This document shows, one piece after another, positions 48,661-58,320 of a stretch of DNA of 64,000 bases (the first letter of the stretch is position 1; each line of letters opens with the position of its first letter). The stretch comes from Candidatus Marinacidobacterium sp. GTDB taxonomy: Bacteria; Acidobacteriota; Vicinamibacteria; Marinacidobacterales; Marinacidobacteraceae. The notes under the pieces were generated by a model. The model saw only the letters and a list, made by a program, of their open reading frames with translations. It was not told the origin of the DNA and did not search any database. Position numbers and translations under genes: made by a program. Location: NCBI GenBank assembly GCA_965204755.1, contig OZ242011.1, positions 1,184,001-1,248,000 of the forward strand. Reading direction: 5' to 3'.

Positions 48661-49884
48661 ATGACCACCACGGACTTCCCGAACCCGTTCCGTCCCGGAG
48701 CCGGTCATCCGCCGCCGTATCTCGCCGGACGGACAGAGGAACGCGAGGAGTTCGGGCGCCTGCTCGGACAGTCGCCGATTCTCGAAAACCCGATCTTCAC
48801 CGGGCTCCGCGGCGTCGGCAAGACCGTGTTGCTCGAATCCCTGAGGCCGGAAGCACTGCGGAGCGGATGGCTGTGGGCCGGAAACGACCTCTCGGAAGCC
48901 GCCAGCCTGAGCGAAGACCACCTTGCGACCCGTCTCGCCGCCGACCTGGCGCTCATCACTTCCGGACTCGCGCTGCCGACCGCGACGAAGCGCCGAGCCG
49001 GGTTCGCCTCCGGCGGGCCCGACGACGCCCCCCTGACCTTCGAGGCTCTGCTCGGAATCTATCGGGACACGCCCGGCCTCCCGGTTGACAAGTTCAAGCA
49101 GATCCTCATGGCCTCATGGCAGGCCGTGAGTGCGGCGCGCTCTGAAGTCCGGGGCATCGTCGTCGCCTACGACGAGGCGCAGAACCTGGCCAACCGGCCG
49201 GACCGGGACCAGTTCCCGCTCTCGCTGCTCATTGACGCCTTCCAGTCTCTGCAGCGACAGGGACTGCCCCTGCTGCTGGCCCTGGCCGGACTCCCGACGC
49301 TCTATCCGGCCTTGGTGCAGGCGCGCACTTCGTCGGAGCGGATGTTCCGTGTCCTCTTCCTCAAACGCCTGAGCGATCGGGAGAGCGAGGATGCCATCCG
49401 CAAACCGATCGAGGACTTCGACTGCCCGGTTCGTCTGTCGCGCCGAACCGTCGCCGGAGTCGTCGAGATGTCCGGCGGCTACCCCTACTTCATCCAGTTC
49501 ATTTGCCGGGAAGTGTTCGACGCGTTCCTCCAGCGGCAGCGCAAGGGCAAGCCCCCCGCCGTACCGGCGCGGGAGATCGAACAGAAGTTGGACGACGACT
49601 TCTTCTCCGGACGCTGGTCGAAGACCACCGACCGACAGCGTGCCCTCCTGTGGGTGATCGCACATCTGGAGACAGATGGTGGGGAGTTCACCGTCCAAGC
49701 GGCGGTCGAGAAGGCCAAGACCCTGCTCGATCGACCGTTCAGCTCCAGCCACATCAACCAGATGCTCTCCAGTTTGGCCAACCAGGGTCTGGTCTTCAAG
49801 AACCGGCACGGGCGGTACTCCTTCGCCGTCCCGCTGCTCGACCGGTTCATCCGCCGCCAGGCCCCGCCCGAGACCGGGGGCTGA
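48661..49884 (+). CDS. AAA ATPase (AAA_16/Cdc6-like) with C-terminal winged helix
   Basis: NPFRPGAG..PPYLAGR, GLRGVGKT, YDEAQ, LAGLP, SGGYPYFIQ. Confidence 0.88.
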   Translation: MTTTDFPNPFRPGAGHPPPYLAGRTEEREEFGRLLGQSPILENPIFTGLRGVGKTVLLESLRPEALRSGWLWAGNDLSEAASLSEDHLATRLAADLALITSGLALPTATKRRAGFASGGPDDAPLTFEALLGIYRDTPGLPVDKFKQILMASWQAVSAARSEVRGIVVAYDEAQNLANRPDRDQFPLSLLIDAFQSLQRQGLPLLLALAGLPTLYPALVQARTSSERMFRVLFLKRLSDRESEDAIRKPIEDFDCPVRLSRRTVAGVVEMSGGYPYFIQFICREVFDAFLQRQRKGKPPAVPAREIEQKLDDDFFSGRWSKTTDRQRALLWVIAHLETDGGEFTVQAAVEKAKTLLDRPFSSSHINQMLSSLANQGLVFKNRHGRYSFAVPLLDRFIRRQAPPETGG

Positions 49885-49922
49885 CCTCTGCGAGCCAGCC
49901 TCTCGATCGAGGAGCGCCGGTA

Positions 49923-50987
49923 GTGCTTCGCCAAGTCCGACTGTCCAACTTCAAGTGTTTCGCGCGTCTTCACCTGGAGTTGGCGCCGCTCACGCTTCTT
50001 TGCGGCGGCAACGGCGCGGGAAAGAGCAGCGTGCTGCAGGCCCTGCTCGCGCTTCGGCGGTCTCGCGCAGCCGGCGCCCTCGACCGCGGCAACCCGGTCC
50101 CCGCCGACGAACTCACCGGTCTCGGAACCGGTCGGAGGGTCCTCCACGAGTTCGCCGAAGACGACGCCATCGAATTCGGACTGGTGGACGACCGGGCCGC
50201 CGAACCCCTGCGGATCACCTTCGACTACGACCGCGAGACCGACGAGTTGCGAGTGCGTGGCGCCGGCGCCTTGGCTCTCGGCCCGTGGGAAGCGCTGCCG
50301 CCCTTCGCGGCCCTGCATCATTTGGCCGCCGAACGGATCGGGCCCGGGAAGATTCGGGACCCGCCCGACACCGGCGCGCGCCGGAGCGACGAGTCCGCCT
50401 CGAACTTCCCGACTGCGCACCGAAACGATTCCCTCACCGCCGCCGACCCGCGGCGCGACGAAGCGGACACCGATCGATACGGCGATGTCCTCGACTACTG
50501 GTTGCGGCAGATCATGCCGATAGCCTCGCGGCGGACCGGGCGCATCCGAGCGGCGGAGGCGCCGACCGGCGGCGCGCGCCGATATCGAGCCGCCGATGCG
50601 GGCTTCGGACTGTCCTATGTCGCGCCCACCGTCGCAGCCCTTCTCGCGCCCCCGGGAACCCTGTGCCTCATCGAGAACCCCGAAGCGCATCTCCACCCGA
50701 GCGCGCAGACCAAGATCGCGGAACTCGCCGCGCGCGCCGCAGCAGCCGGTCTGCAGGTCGTCCTGGAGACACACGGCAACCATGTTCTCGACGGCGTACG
50801 AATCGCGGTCTTGGACAGACTCCTCGAGCCCGGGGACACGCGGTTCCATCACTTCGAGCAGGAGAACGGCCAGTCCGTCGTGCGGACGCCACAGATCGAT
50901 TCCCGCGGTCGTCTGTCCTCCTGGCCGGAAGGGTTCTTCGACCAACACCTCCTCAACTTGACACGACTGCTGGCGCCGAAGGCCTGA
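49923..50987 (+). CDS. AAA_15/AAA_21-type ATPase with DUF3696-like tail (possibly degenerate)
   Basis: LSNFKCF, GGNGAGKSS, GFGLSY, IENPEAHLHP, ETHGNH, WPEGFFDQ. Confidence 0.85.
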   Translation: MLRQVRLSNFKCFARLHLELAPLTLLCGGNGAGKSSVLQALLALRRSRAAGALDRGNPVPADELTGLGTGRRVLHEFAEDDAIEFGLVDDRAAEPLRITFDYDRETDELRVRGAGALALGPWEALPPFAALHHLAAERIGPGKIRDPPDTGARRSDESASNFPTAHRNDSLTAADPRRDEADTDRYGDVLDYWLRQIMPIASRRTGRIRAAEAPTGGARRYRAADAGFGLSYVAPTVAALLAPPGTLCLIENPEAHLHPSAQTKIAELAARAAAAGLQVVLETHGNHVLDGVRIAVLDRLLEPGDTRFHHFEQENGQSVVRTPQIDSRGRLSSWPEGFFDQHLLNLTRLLAPKA

Positions 50988-51188
50988 GCCGCGAAGCCGC
51001 GCCCGCCGCGTGCGTGGCGCCCGGCCGGGCGGACGCGGCCGGCGAGCCGACAACGGCCGCCACCGGCGTTGAGCGCCCGTCGGGCCGGCGGCCCCCGCGA
51101 AATCCCGGCGACCGACAGTCCGGGCCTGACCGGGCCGGGAGGCCGGCCGCGCCGGGTGGTAATCTCCCCCGTCCGGCGGCGAGTTGCG

Positions 51189-51701
51189 ATGACGGGGAAG
51201 CGGACGAAGTTCTATCTCGGCGGGGGGCTCTTCGCGCTCTCCGTGGCCGCCCTCCTGCTCACCGGGTTCGAGGAGGGGAAGGCCTACTACCGGACGGTCG
51301 GCGAACTGCGGGCCATGGGGCCGGCGGCCGAGGGGCGGCCGGTGCGGGTGGCCGGGGATGTGGTGCCGGGGAGCATCGAGCCGCGCGGCGAGGGCCGGGT
51401 GGCGTTCACCATCGAGTACGACGGGGAGCGCCTGCCGGTGCTCTACACCGGGCGGGAGCCGCTTCCGGACACGCTGGTGGACCGGGCGCAGGCGGTGGCC
51501 ACCGGGACCCTGCTCGCCGACGGTTCCTTCGAAGCCCGGCAGGTGCAGGCCAAGTGCGCCTCCAAGTACGACCCCGCCTACGAGACGGACGGGGCCGGGC
51601 CGGCCGAAGCGGAGAGCGCGGAACCACCCGGCGGCTCGCCGGAGCCCGACAACGCCGAGCCCGGCCCCGGCAACGAGCGCCGTTCCACCGACGGCGCCTG
51701 A
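51189..51701 (+). CDS. ccmE: Cytochrome c maturation heme chaperone, Cys variant
   Basis: AYYRTV, VRVAG.V..GSI, YTG..PD, AKCASKY. Confidence 0.9.
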   Translation: MTGKRTKFYLGGGLFALSVAALLLTGFEEGKAYYRTVGELRAMGPAAEGRPVRVAGDVVPGSIEPRGEGRVAFTIEYDGERLPVLYTGREPLPDTLVDRAQAVATGTLLADGSFEARQVQAKCASKYDPAYETDGAGPAEAESAEPPGGSPEPDNAEPGPGNERRSTDGA

Positions 51702-51824
51702 GGCACATCGCCCCGGAGCGGCGCCGCGCACGGCCATCGGTCGTCCCGCGCATGACCCGCCCGCAACCGAACACCCACATTGGTCGGCGACCGCCGCGCC
51801 ACTTGGCGCACTGGATCACCTGAG

Positions 51825-53207
51825 ATGACTGACGCGAGCGCGACCATGGAGGAAATCCCCGGAACCCCGTATTCGTTCCACTCGTCCCGGATCGACGACT
51901 TCCAGACCCTCGCCCGTCGGGTCCAGACGATGCGAGCCGGCGGGCCGCTGACACCGGAGGTTATGCGTCGCGTAACGAAGTTCTTCCGGATCAAGAACAT
52001 CTACCACTCGAACGCCATCGAGGGAAACCAGCTCGACCTCGGGGAGACGAGGCAGGTCGTCGAACAGGGGCTGACACTCACCGGAAAACCTCTGAAGGAT
52101 CAGGCCGAAGCGCGCAATTTGTCCTCCGCGATCGACTTTCTGGAAGAACTGGTGGAGGACACGACGATCCCGATCAGCGGGCGTGATCTACGCCAGATAC
52201 ACGAACTCGTCCTTCGCGGTATCGCCGATCATGCCGGTGCGTACCGAACCATCGAAGTGGCGATCGCAGGATCCCAACATGACCCGCCAGGACCGGAGAA
52301 AGTCCAGCCAGAGATGGATCACTTCTGCGACTGGCTGAAGGGCGTCAGCGTTCCGGCCGAAGAAGAGTTGGCGTCCGCTAGGGGTCTGCTCGTTGCCGCC
52401 GCGGCGCACACATGGCTCGTCACTGTCCATCCCTTCGTGGACGGCAACGGCCGCGTCGCGCGCTTGCTGGCCAACCTCCTCCTCATGCGCTATCGATACC
52501 CCATAGCGATCGTCTCGCGCGAAGATCGGTACCGCTATTACGACGCTCTGGAGGAGTCCCAGGGGTCCGATCTGACTCCTTTCCTCGTCCTGTTCCACGA
52601 ATGCGTGTCTGAGAGCCTCGAAGAGTACGAACGCGCCGCCGAGGAACAACGCAGGCAGTCGGGATGGGCGCAAAAACAGCAGATGCGGTTCGCGGAGCCG
52701 GAGCGAATTCGCACCGAAAACGAGTACGAAGTCTGGAAGAACGCGATGGAGTTGTTCCGTAGTTTTCTTCGTCAGGTCGCCGAGGAGATCTCCAGTGAGT
52801 TCGGGCGGATCTGGGTCAAGGACTTCGGTCTCGCGGAGTTCGAGAAGTACGCCATCATGCGAAGCGGCGCCGCCGCGAAAAGGACTTGGTTCTGTCGGCT
52901 GGATTTCAGGCGGGGCGACCGCACGGCGCGTTATCTCTTCTTCTTCGGCTCGGCCACTAACAGAGCGAAGAGGAGCGGTTGCCGGGTCACTCTGCATGTG
53001 GCGCGCGAAGACCCTCCGGGTTCGTACTACTATGAGCGTCTCGATCGCCTAACGGCCCCGAATGTCCCCGACCTCCACGAGATCGGCTACGACATGAAGA
53101 AGGAGCAGTTCGTGTTCTTTCGACAACGCGGTCTGAAGCGAGATCGCATCGAACCTCTCGGGCGGAGTTTCTTCGAGGAAGTGTTGAAGAAACACTTCAG
53201 CAGTTGA
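51825..53207 (+). CDS. Fic domain protein (class II) with uncharacterised C-terminal domain
   Basis: HSNAIEGN inhibitory motif; HPFVDGNGRVAR active site; lower GC than the flanks. Confidence 0.93.
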   Translation: MTDASATMEEIPGTPYSFHSSRIDDFQTLARRVQTMRAGGPLTPEVMRRVTKFFRIKNIYHSNAIEGNQLDLGETRQVVEQGLTLTGKPLKDQAEARNLSSAIDFLEELVEDTTIPISGRDLRQIHELVLRGIADHAGAYRTIEVAIAGSQHDPPGPEKVQPEMDHFCDWLKGVSVPAEEELASARGLLVAAAAHTWLVTVHPFVDGNGRVARLLANLLLMRYRYPIAIVSREDRYRYYDALEESQGSDLTPFLVLFHECVSESLEEYERAAEEQRRQSGWAQKQQMRFAEPERIRTENEYEVWKNAMELFRSFLRQVAEEISSEFGRIWVKDFGLAEFEKYAIMRSGAAAKRTWFCRLDFRRGDRTARYLFFFGSATNRAKRSGCRVTLHVAREDPPGSYYYERLDRLTAPNVPDLHEIGYDMKKEQFVFFRQRGLKRDRIEPLGRSFFEEVLKKHFSS

Positions 53208-53355
53208 CACCGCGCATCTACCGACCTCCCGAAACAGAAGTGAGCAAGCAGTGATGCCGTGCGTTCGCGCGACGGAGCGGTTCGGCGTCGGTTTCGCAGG
53301 CGGCCGGTGATGTCGGGCAACCTCCGAGAACGCCTGGCGACATCTGAGTAGATTC

Positions 53356-55389
53356 GTGCACCACCTCGGCAACTTCTCGCTCATGGCGGTGGTGGTGCTG
53401 TGCGCCTACGCCGCCGTCGCCGCGCTCCTCGCGATCCGGAAGGGATCGACCGCGCTCGCCGACAGCGCGCGGCGGGGACTGGTGGCGGCCGCCGGGTTCT
53501 CGGCGCTTTCGGTGGCCTCGCTGCTCGCGCTGTTCCTCGCCGACGACTTCCGCTTCCGTTATGTGGCCAGTTACTCGGCGGCGGAACTCCCCTACTACTA
53601 CAAGGTCTCCGCGCTCTGGGCCGGGAACGACGGGTCGCTGCTGTTCTGGACCTTCCTGATGCTGGTGTTCGCGGCGGCGTGCGTGATTTCGCGCCGGCGC
53701 GACCGGCTGATACCGCAAGTGGTGTTCACCCTCGCCGGCGTCACCCTGTTCTTCGCCTACATGAACTACTGGGTATGCAACCCGTTCGAGCAGTTGGCGG
53801 AGATCACCGCGGCGGGGCCGGTTCCGTTCGCGCCGCCGAACGGGAACGGGCTCAACCCGCTGCTGCAGCACCCGATCATGGCGATCCACCCGCCGATCCT
53901 CTATACGGGTTATGTGGGTTTCGTCGTGCCCTTCGCCTTCTGCATCGCCGCGCTCTGGACGCGCCGGCTGGACGCCTCGTGGATCGCGAGCACGCGCCGC
54001 TGGACGCTGGTCGCCTGGTTCTTCCTCGGGAGCGGCATCCTGCTCGGCGGCCGCTGGGCCTATGTGGAACTGGGCTGGGGCGGCTACTGGGGCTGGGATC
54101 CGGTGGAGAACGCCGCGCTCATGCCCTGGCTCACCGGCACCGCCTTCCTCCATTCCGTGATGATCCAGGAGCGGAAGGGGATGCTGAAGGTCTGGAACGC
54201 CGGCCTCCTGATGGCGACCTACCTGCTCTGCGTCTTCGGGACCTTCCTCACGCGGAGCGGCATCGTTTCGTCGGTGCATGCGTTCGCCTCGTCCGAGTTC
54301 GCCTGGCGGTTCCTGGTGTTCCTCGTCGTCGCCGCCGCGCTCTCGGCGGCGCTGCTGCTCTCCCGGCTGAAGGACCTGAAGACCGAGAACGAACTGCAGG
54401 CGGTGGTTTCGCGCGAGTCGGGATTCCTGTTCAACAACCTCCTGCTGCTCGCCGCCTGTTTCTCCGTCCTCTGGGGCACGCTGTTCCCGGTCCTCTCCGA
54501 GGCGGTGCAGGGCGAACAGATCACGGTGGGCGCCCCGTTCTTCAACCGGGTGAATGTGCCGCTCGGGCTCGCGCTCCTGCTCATGACCGGCGTGGGGCCG
54601 CTGCTCGCCTGGCGCCGCTCCTCGGCGGACAGCCTGCGGCGGAACTTCATGGTTCCCGGCGCCGCCGGCCTCGCCGCCGCCGCCGCCCTGCCCCTGCTCG
54701 GGATGCGCCACCCGTACGCGGTCGTCTGTTTCGCCTTCGCGGCATTCGTGACCGTCACCATCGGGCTGGAGTTCCACCGCGGCGTCCGCGCCCGCCGCGC
54801 GCACCGGGGCGGGAGTTACTTCGGGGCGCTGAACGACCTGGTGCTCCGCAACACGCGCCGATACGGGGGATACATCGTCCACTTCGGCATCGTCCTCCTC
54901 TTCGTCGGTTTCGCCGGCAACGCCTTCAACACCGAAGTGATCGCCGACCTGGAACCGGGCGGGAGCACCCGCATCGGGCCCTACGAAGCCACGCTCCAGG
55001 AACTCCCCGGCGGCTCGACCCCGGTGTACGACTGGCTGGGCGCCCGGCTGCTGCTGACGAAGCACGACGAGCCGGTCGGCCTGTTCCAGCCCCGCCGCCA
55101 GTTGGACCGGGCCACCGGACAGGCCACCTCGGAGGTCCGCCGCCACGCCACCTTCCTCGAAGACATCTACCTGGTCTTCTCCGGGGTGACCGACGACCGC
55201 CGCGCCACCATCCACATCTACCGGAACCCGCTGGTGCGCTGGGTCTGGATCGGCGGCCTGGTCATGTTCCTCGGTACCATCCTGACACTCCTGCCCGGAC
55301 GGCGCGCCGCCCCTTCGCCGGTCCGCTCCGCCGCCGCGGTCCGGGCGCAGTCCCCCGCCGGCGAACTCCCGTCAGCGAAGCCCGCCTGA
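53356..55389 (+). CDS. ccmF: Cytochrome c heme lyase
   Basis: GSLLFW, GLNPLLQHP..IHPP, WGGYWGWDPVEN, TRSGIVSSVHAF. Confidence 0.97.
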   Translation: MHHLGNFSLMAVVVLCAYAAVAALLAIRKGSTALADSARRGLVAAAGFSALSVASLLALFLADDFRFRYVASYSAAELPYYYKVSALWAGNDGSLLFWTFLMLVFAAACVISRRRDRLIPQVVFTLAGVTLFFAYMNYWVCNPFEQLAEITAAGPVPFAPPNGNGLNPLLQHPIMAIHPPILYTGYVGFVVPFAFCIAALWTRRLDASWIASTRRWTLVAWFFLGSGILLGGRWAYVELGWGGYWGWDPVENAALMPWLTGTAFLHSVMIQERKGMLKVWNAGLLMATYLLCVFGTFLTRSGIVSSVHAFASSEFAWRFLVFLVVAAALSAALLLSRLKDLKTENELQAVVSRESGFLFNNLLLLAACFSVLWGTLFPVLSEAVQGEQITVGAPFFNRVNVPLGLALLLMTGVGPLLAWRRSSADSLRRNFMVPGAAGLAAAAALPLLGMRHPYAVVCFAFAAFVTVTIGLEFHRGVRARRAHRGGSYFGALNDLVLRNTRRYGGYIVHFGIVLLFVGFAGNAFNTEVIADLEPGGSTRIGPYEATLQELPGGSTPVYDWLGARLLLTKHDEPVGLFQPRRQLDRATGQATSEVRRHATFLEDIYLVFSGVTDDRRATIHIYRNPLVRWVWIGGLVMFLGTILTLLPGRRAAPSPVRSAAAVRAQSPAGELPSAKPA

Positions 55390-55397
55390 ACCCGCCG

Positions 55398-55931
55398 ATG
55401 CGTTCCGCCCCGCCGTCCGCGCCCGCCCCCGCCCGGGCGCGCCGCATCCTCGTCGGCCTCGCCGCCGTCTGGGCCGGAAGCGCGGCCGGCGCGATGGGGC
55501 AGGAGCGCTACAACAGCGAGGCCTACCGCCAGGTCACCGGGGCGCTGACCTGCCAGTGCGGCGGCTGCAACGCGATCGTCTCCGAATGCGCCATGGATCG
55601 CTGCCCCAGTTCCAACCCGATCCGGGAAGAGACCGCCGAGCGGCTGCAGGCCGGAGAGACGCCGGAAGCGGTCATCGCCCGATTCCGCGACCGGTACGGC
55701 CTCTCGGTGCTCGCCGCCCCGCCGGCCGCCGGCTTCCACCTCACGGCGTGGATGCTCCCCGGCGTCGTCCTGCTCCTCGGCGGCGCGGCGGCAGCGCTCG
55801 TGATCCGGCGTTGGCGGCAGGAGACGCCCGCCCCGGCCACGCCGGCGGAGGGCCCCTCGGCGAACGCCGCCGGCGCGGCCCGGCCCGAAGTCCTCGCCCG
55901 GATCGAACGCGACATCGCCGACCTTCGCTGA
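55398..55931 (+). CDS. ccmH: Cytochrome c biogenesis protein CcmH-like
   Basis: LTCQCGGC..SEC, GETPEAVI..RYG..VLAAP, AWMLP. Confidence 0.8.
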   Translation: MRSAPPSAPAPARARRILVGLAAVWAGSAAGAMGQERYNSEAYRQVTGALTCQCGGCNAIVSECAMDRCPSSNPIREETAERLQAGETPEAVIARFRDRYGLSVLAAPPAAGFHLTAWMLPGVVLLLGGAAAALVIRRWRQETPAPATPAEGPSANAAGAARPEVLARIERDIADLR

Positions 55932-55959
55932 GCGACCGCGGAGCCGCCGCCGCCCGAGC

Positions 55960-56325
55960 GTGACCCTGGTCTTCCTCGCGGCGCTCGCCGCGATCGCCAC
56001 CGGTTTCGTGCTGCAGCCGGTCTTCGCCGCCCCCGCGAGCGCGCCGGCCCCCGAGTGCCCGGCGGACCGAAAAGCCCTGCGGCTCGCCGAGCGGCGCCGG
56101 CAGTTGTTGCTCGCCATCGCCGAACTGGACTTCGAGCGCGACGCCGGCAAGGTCGGCGAGGAAGAGCACCGCGCCGCCCGCGCCGCGCTCCTGGAAGAGG
56201 CGGCGGCGGTCAGCGAAGCGCTCGACGCGCGGGCCGAGCCGAAGGGCGGCAGGCGGCGCGGGGGCCGGAAGCGTCCGCCGGCGACCGCGGCCCCGGCCGC
56301 CGGCGCCGCGGGGTCCCCGGAATGA
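55960..56325 (+). CDS. CcmI N-terminal-like small membrane protein
   Basis: TM helix followed by LLLAIAELDFERDAGKV.EE. Confidence 0.7.
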   Translation: MTLVFLAALAAIATGFVLQPVFAAPASAPAPECPADRKALRLAERRRQLLLAIAELDFERDAGKVGEEEHRAARAALLEEAAAVSEALDARAEPKGGRRRGGRKRPPATAAPAAGAAGSPE

Positions 56326-57599
56326 GGTCCGCCGGAAGGCGCCGGAGCGCGGTCGCCGCGATGGCCGCGGCCGTTCTCGCCGCCGTCACCGGCGCCCCGT
56401 CCCCGGCGCCCGCCGGGCCGGTCCGCGTCACGCTGGTGAACGGCACCACCGGCGAACCGGGCCGGGCGGACCTGCTCACGCTCTACCGCCTCGGCCGGGG
56501 CATGGAGCCGGTGGCGTCCGTCGAGGACGCCGAGGCCTCGGCGGTGCTGGAGGCCCCCGCGGAAGCCGCGCCGGGCGGCCTCCCGCGCCCCTACCTCCTG
56601 CAGGCCACTTACGCCGGAGTGAACTACAACCAACCGGTGCGCCTCGACGCCGACGGCGGCGCCGAGGCGACGCTCACGGTGTACGACCCCTTCGACCGCT
56701 GGGAGGACGGGGGGATCGCCCTCACCACCTGGCGGGCGCTCTACCGCCGGCAGCCGAGCGCCGCCGGCGCCGCCGCGGACACCCTCCGCGCCGACCACAT
56801 CTTCGTGATCGAGAACCGGACGGCGCCGCCCCGCACTTTCGCGAGCGACCGCGAGACGCTGCGCTTCCGGCTGCCCGGCGAGGACGCGCTGCTCGGCGTC
56901 CCCTCGGTGAGCGCCACCGGCGCCACCGGAATGCCGGTGCCGCAGAGCCCCTTTCCGGTGGAGAGCGGCGCGGGGGCCGGCAACGACTACGCGGTCCGCA
57001 CCGCCTTCAAGCCGGGCGAAACCGAAATCGTCCTGTCCTATGAAGTGGAGTACCCCGGCGAGCGGCACGAGGCGTCCCTGGTCGCGCCGCGGGACTCCCC
57101 GGAGGTGATGCTGCTGGCCGCCCCGGCGGACATGACGCTGGCCCTCCCCGACGACGCCTCGGGGCCGGCCGCCGCCGGGTGGGAATTCCCGGGGCCGGAC
57201 CCGGACGCCGGACTCAATGTGGCCCGCAAGATCGGAGTCCGGGCCGGCGAACCGGTGCGGATGGTCTTCGCCGGCGGCTCGCCCGCAGCGGCGGACGCGG
57301 GCCCCGCGGCCTTCTCCGCGCCTCCGGCCCGACCGGCGGCGGGCGGCGGCGCGCTGCCGCCGGTGGAGGCGCCGGGAGCCCCCGGAGACTCGGCCTCCCC
57401 GGTCGGGACGATCGGCGTCCTCCCGGACCCGACCCGCGCCGGCAAATGGGCGCTCGCGCTGCTGATGGCCGCGGCGCTCGGCTTCGGCCTGCTCCACCGC
57501 GCCTTCGGCGGCCCGAGCGACCCCTCCGGGGGCGGCGGCAAGAACCCCGTCGCAGGCGGCGGCAAGGACCCCGCCGCGCGCGGCGGCGCCGCCCGGTAA
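56322..57599 (+). CDS. Secreted/membrane-anchored hypothetical protein in the ccm operon
   Basis: Signal peptide, VNGTTG, YLLQATYAGVNY, C-terminal TM helix. Confidence 0.75.
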   Translation: MRSAGRRRSAVAAMAAAVLAAVTGAPSPAPAGPVRVTLVNGTTGEPGRADLLTLYRLGRGMEPVASVEDAEASAVLEAPAEAAPGGLPRPYLLQATYAGVNYNQPVRLDADGGAEATLTVYDPFDRWEDGGIALTTWRALYRRQPSAAGAAADTLRADHIFVIENRTAPPRTFASDRETLRFRLPGEDALLGVPSVSATGATGMPVPQSPFPVESGAGAGNDYAVRTAFKPGETEIVLSYEVEYPGERHEASLVAPRDSPEVMLLAAPADMTLALPDDASGPAAAGWEFPGPDPDAGLNVARKIGVRAGEPVRMVFAGGSPAAADAGPAAFSAPPARPAAGGGALPPVEAPGAPGDSASPVGTIGVLPDPTRAGKWALALLMAAALGFGLLHRAFGGPSDPSGGGGKNPVAGGGKDPAARGGAAR

Positions 57600-57607
57600 C
57601 GCCCCCC

Positions 57608-58306
57608 GTGGCGGCGGAGGTCTTCCGGGCGGAAGGCCTCACCCGGAAGTACCGGGAGTCCCCGGTGGTGTCCGGAGTGGCCCTGCGGATCGGCCAAGGC
57701 GAGGGCGTCTGCCTGCTCGGCGGCAACGGCGCCGGGAAGACCACCCTGATCGGCATGGCCGCCTCGCTGATCCGCCCTTCCGCCGGCGCCCTCTTCTACG
57801 ACGGGATCCCCGCCGCCGAGGCGCTCCCCGCCGCGCGCGGCCGGATCGGCTACGCCTCGCACCGGTCGCTCCTCTACCCGGAGTTGACCGTTCGGCAGAA
57901 CCTCGCCCTCCACCGCCGCCTCCACGGGAGCGCCGCCGACCTCGACGAACTCCTGGCGGCCTGGCGCCTCACCCTCTGGGCGGACACCCCCGCGAGCCGA
58001 CTCTCCCGGGGGACCGCGCAGCGGGCGACCCTCGCGCGGGCGCTGCTCCACGAACCGGCCCTCCTGCTGCTCGACGAGCCCTTCGCCGCGCTGGACGGCC
58101 CTTCGCGCGACCGCCTGGCGGCTCACCTCCGGCGGACGCGGGCCCGGGGCGCCGCGCTGCTGCTCGCGACCCACGACCTCGACCGGGGGCTCCCGCTGAC
58201 CGAGCGGACGGTGGTGCTCCACCGGGGAAAGAAGGTCCTGGACGAACCGAACGCCGACCGCGCCGCCATCGAACGCGCCTACACCGCCGCGGACCCCGCC
58301 CGCTGA
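57608..58306 (+). CDS. ccmA: Heme ABC exporter ATP-binding protein
   Basis: GGNGAGKTT, LYPELTVRQNL, LSRG..QR, LLDEPF, ATHD. Confidence 0.88.
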   Translation: MAAEVFRAEGLTRKYRESPVVSGVALRIGQGEGVCLLGGNGAGKTTLIGMAASLIRPSAGALFYDGIPAAEALPAARGRIGYASHRSLLYPELTVRQNLALHRRLHGSAADLDELLAAWRLTLWADTPASRLSRGTAQRATLARALLHEPALLLLDEPFAALDGPSRDRLAAHLRRTRARGAALLLATHDLDRGLPLTERTVVLHRGKKVLDEPNADRAAIERAYTAADPAR

Positions 58307-58320
58307 CCCGCCCGTCCCGC

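Noticed and set aside
53216-53353. SAM-I-like words (GGCC..TGA..GGCAACC, ATCTAC/GTAGAT) before ccmF
   Set aside because: The GAGGGA and GGTGC elements are missing and the context is wrong; an Rfam scan would be needed.
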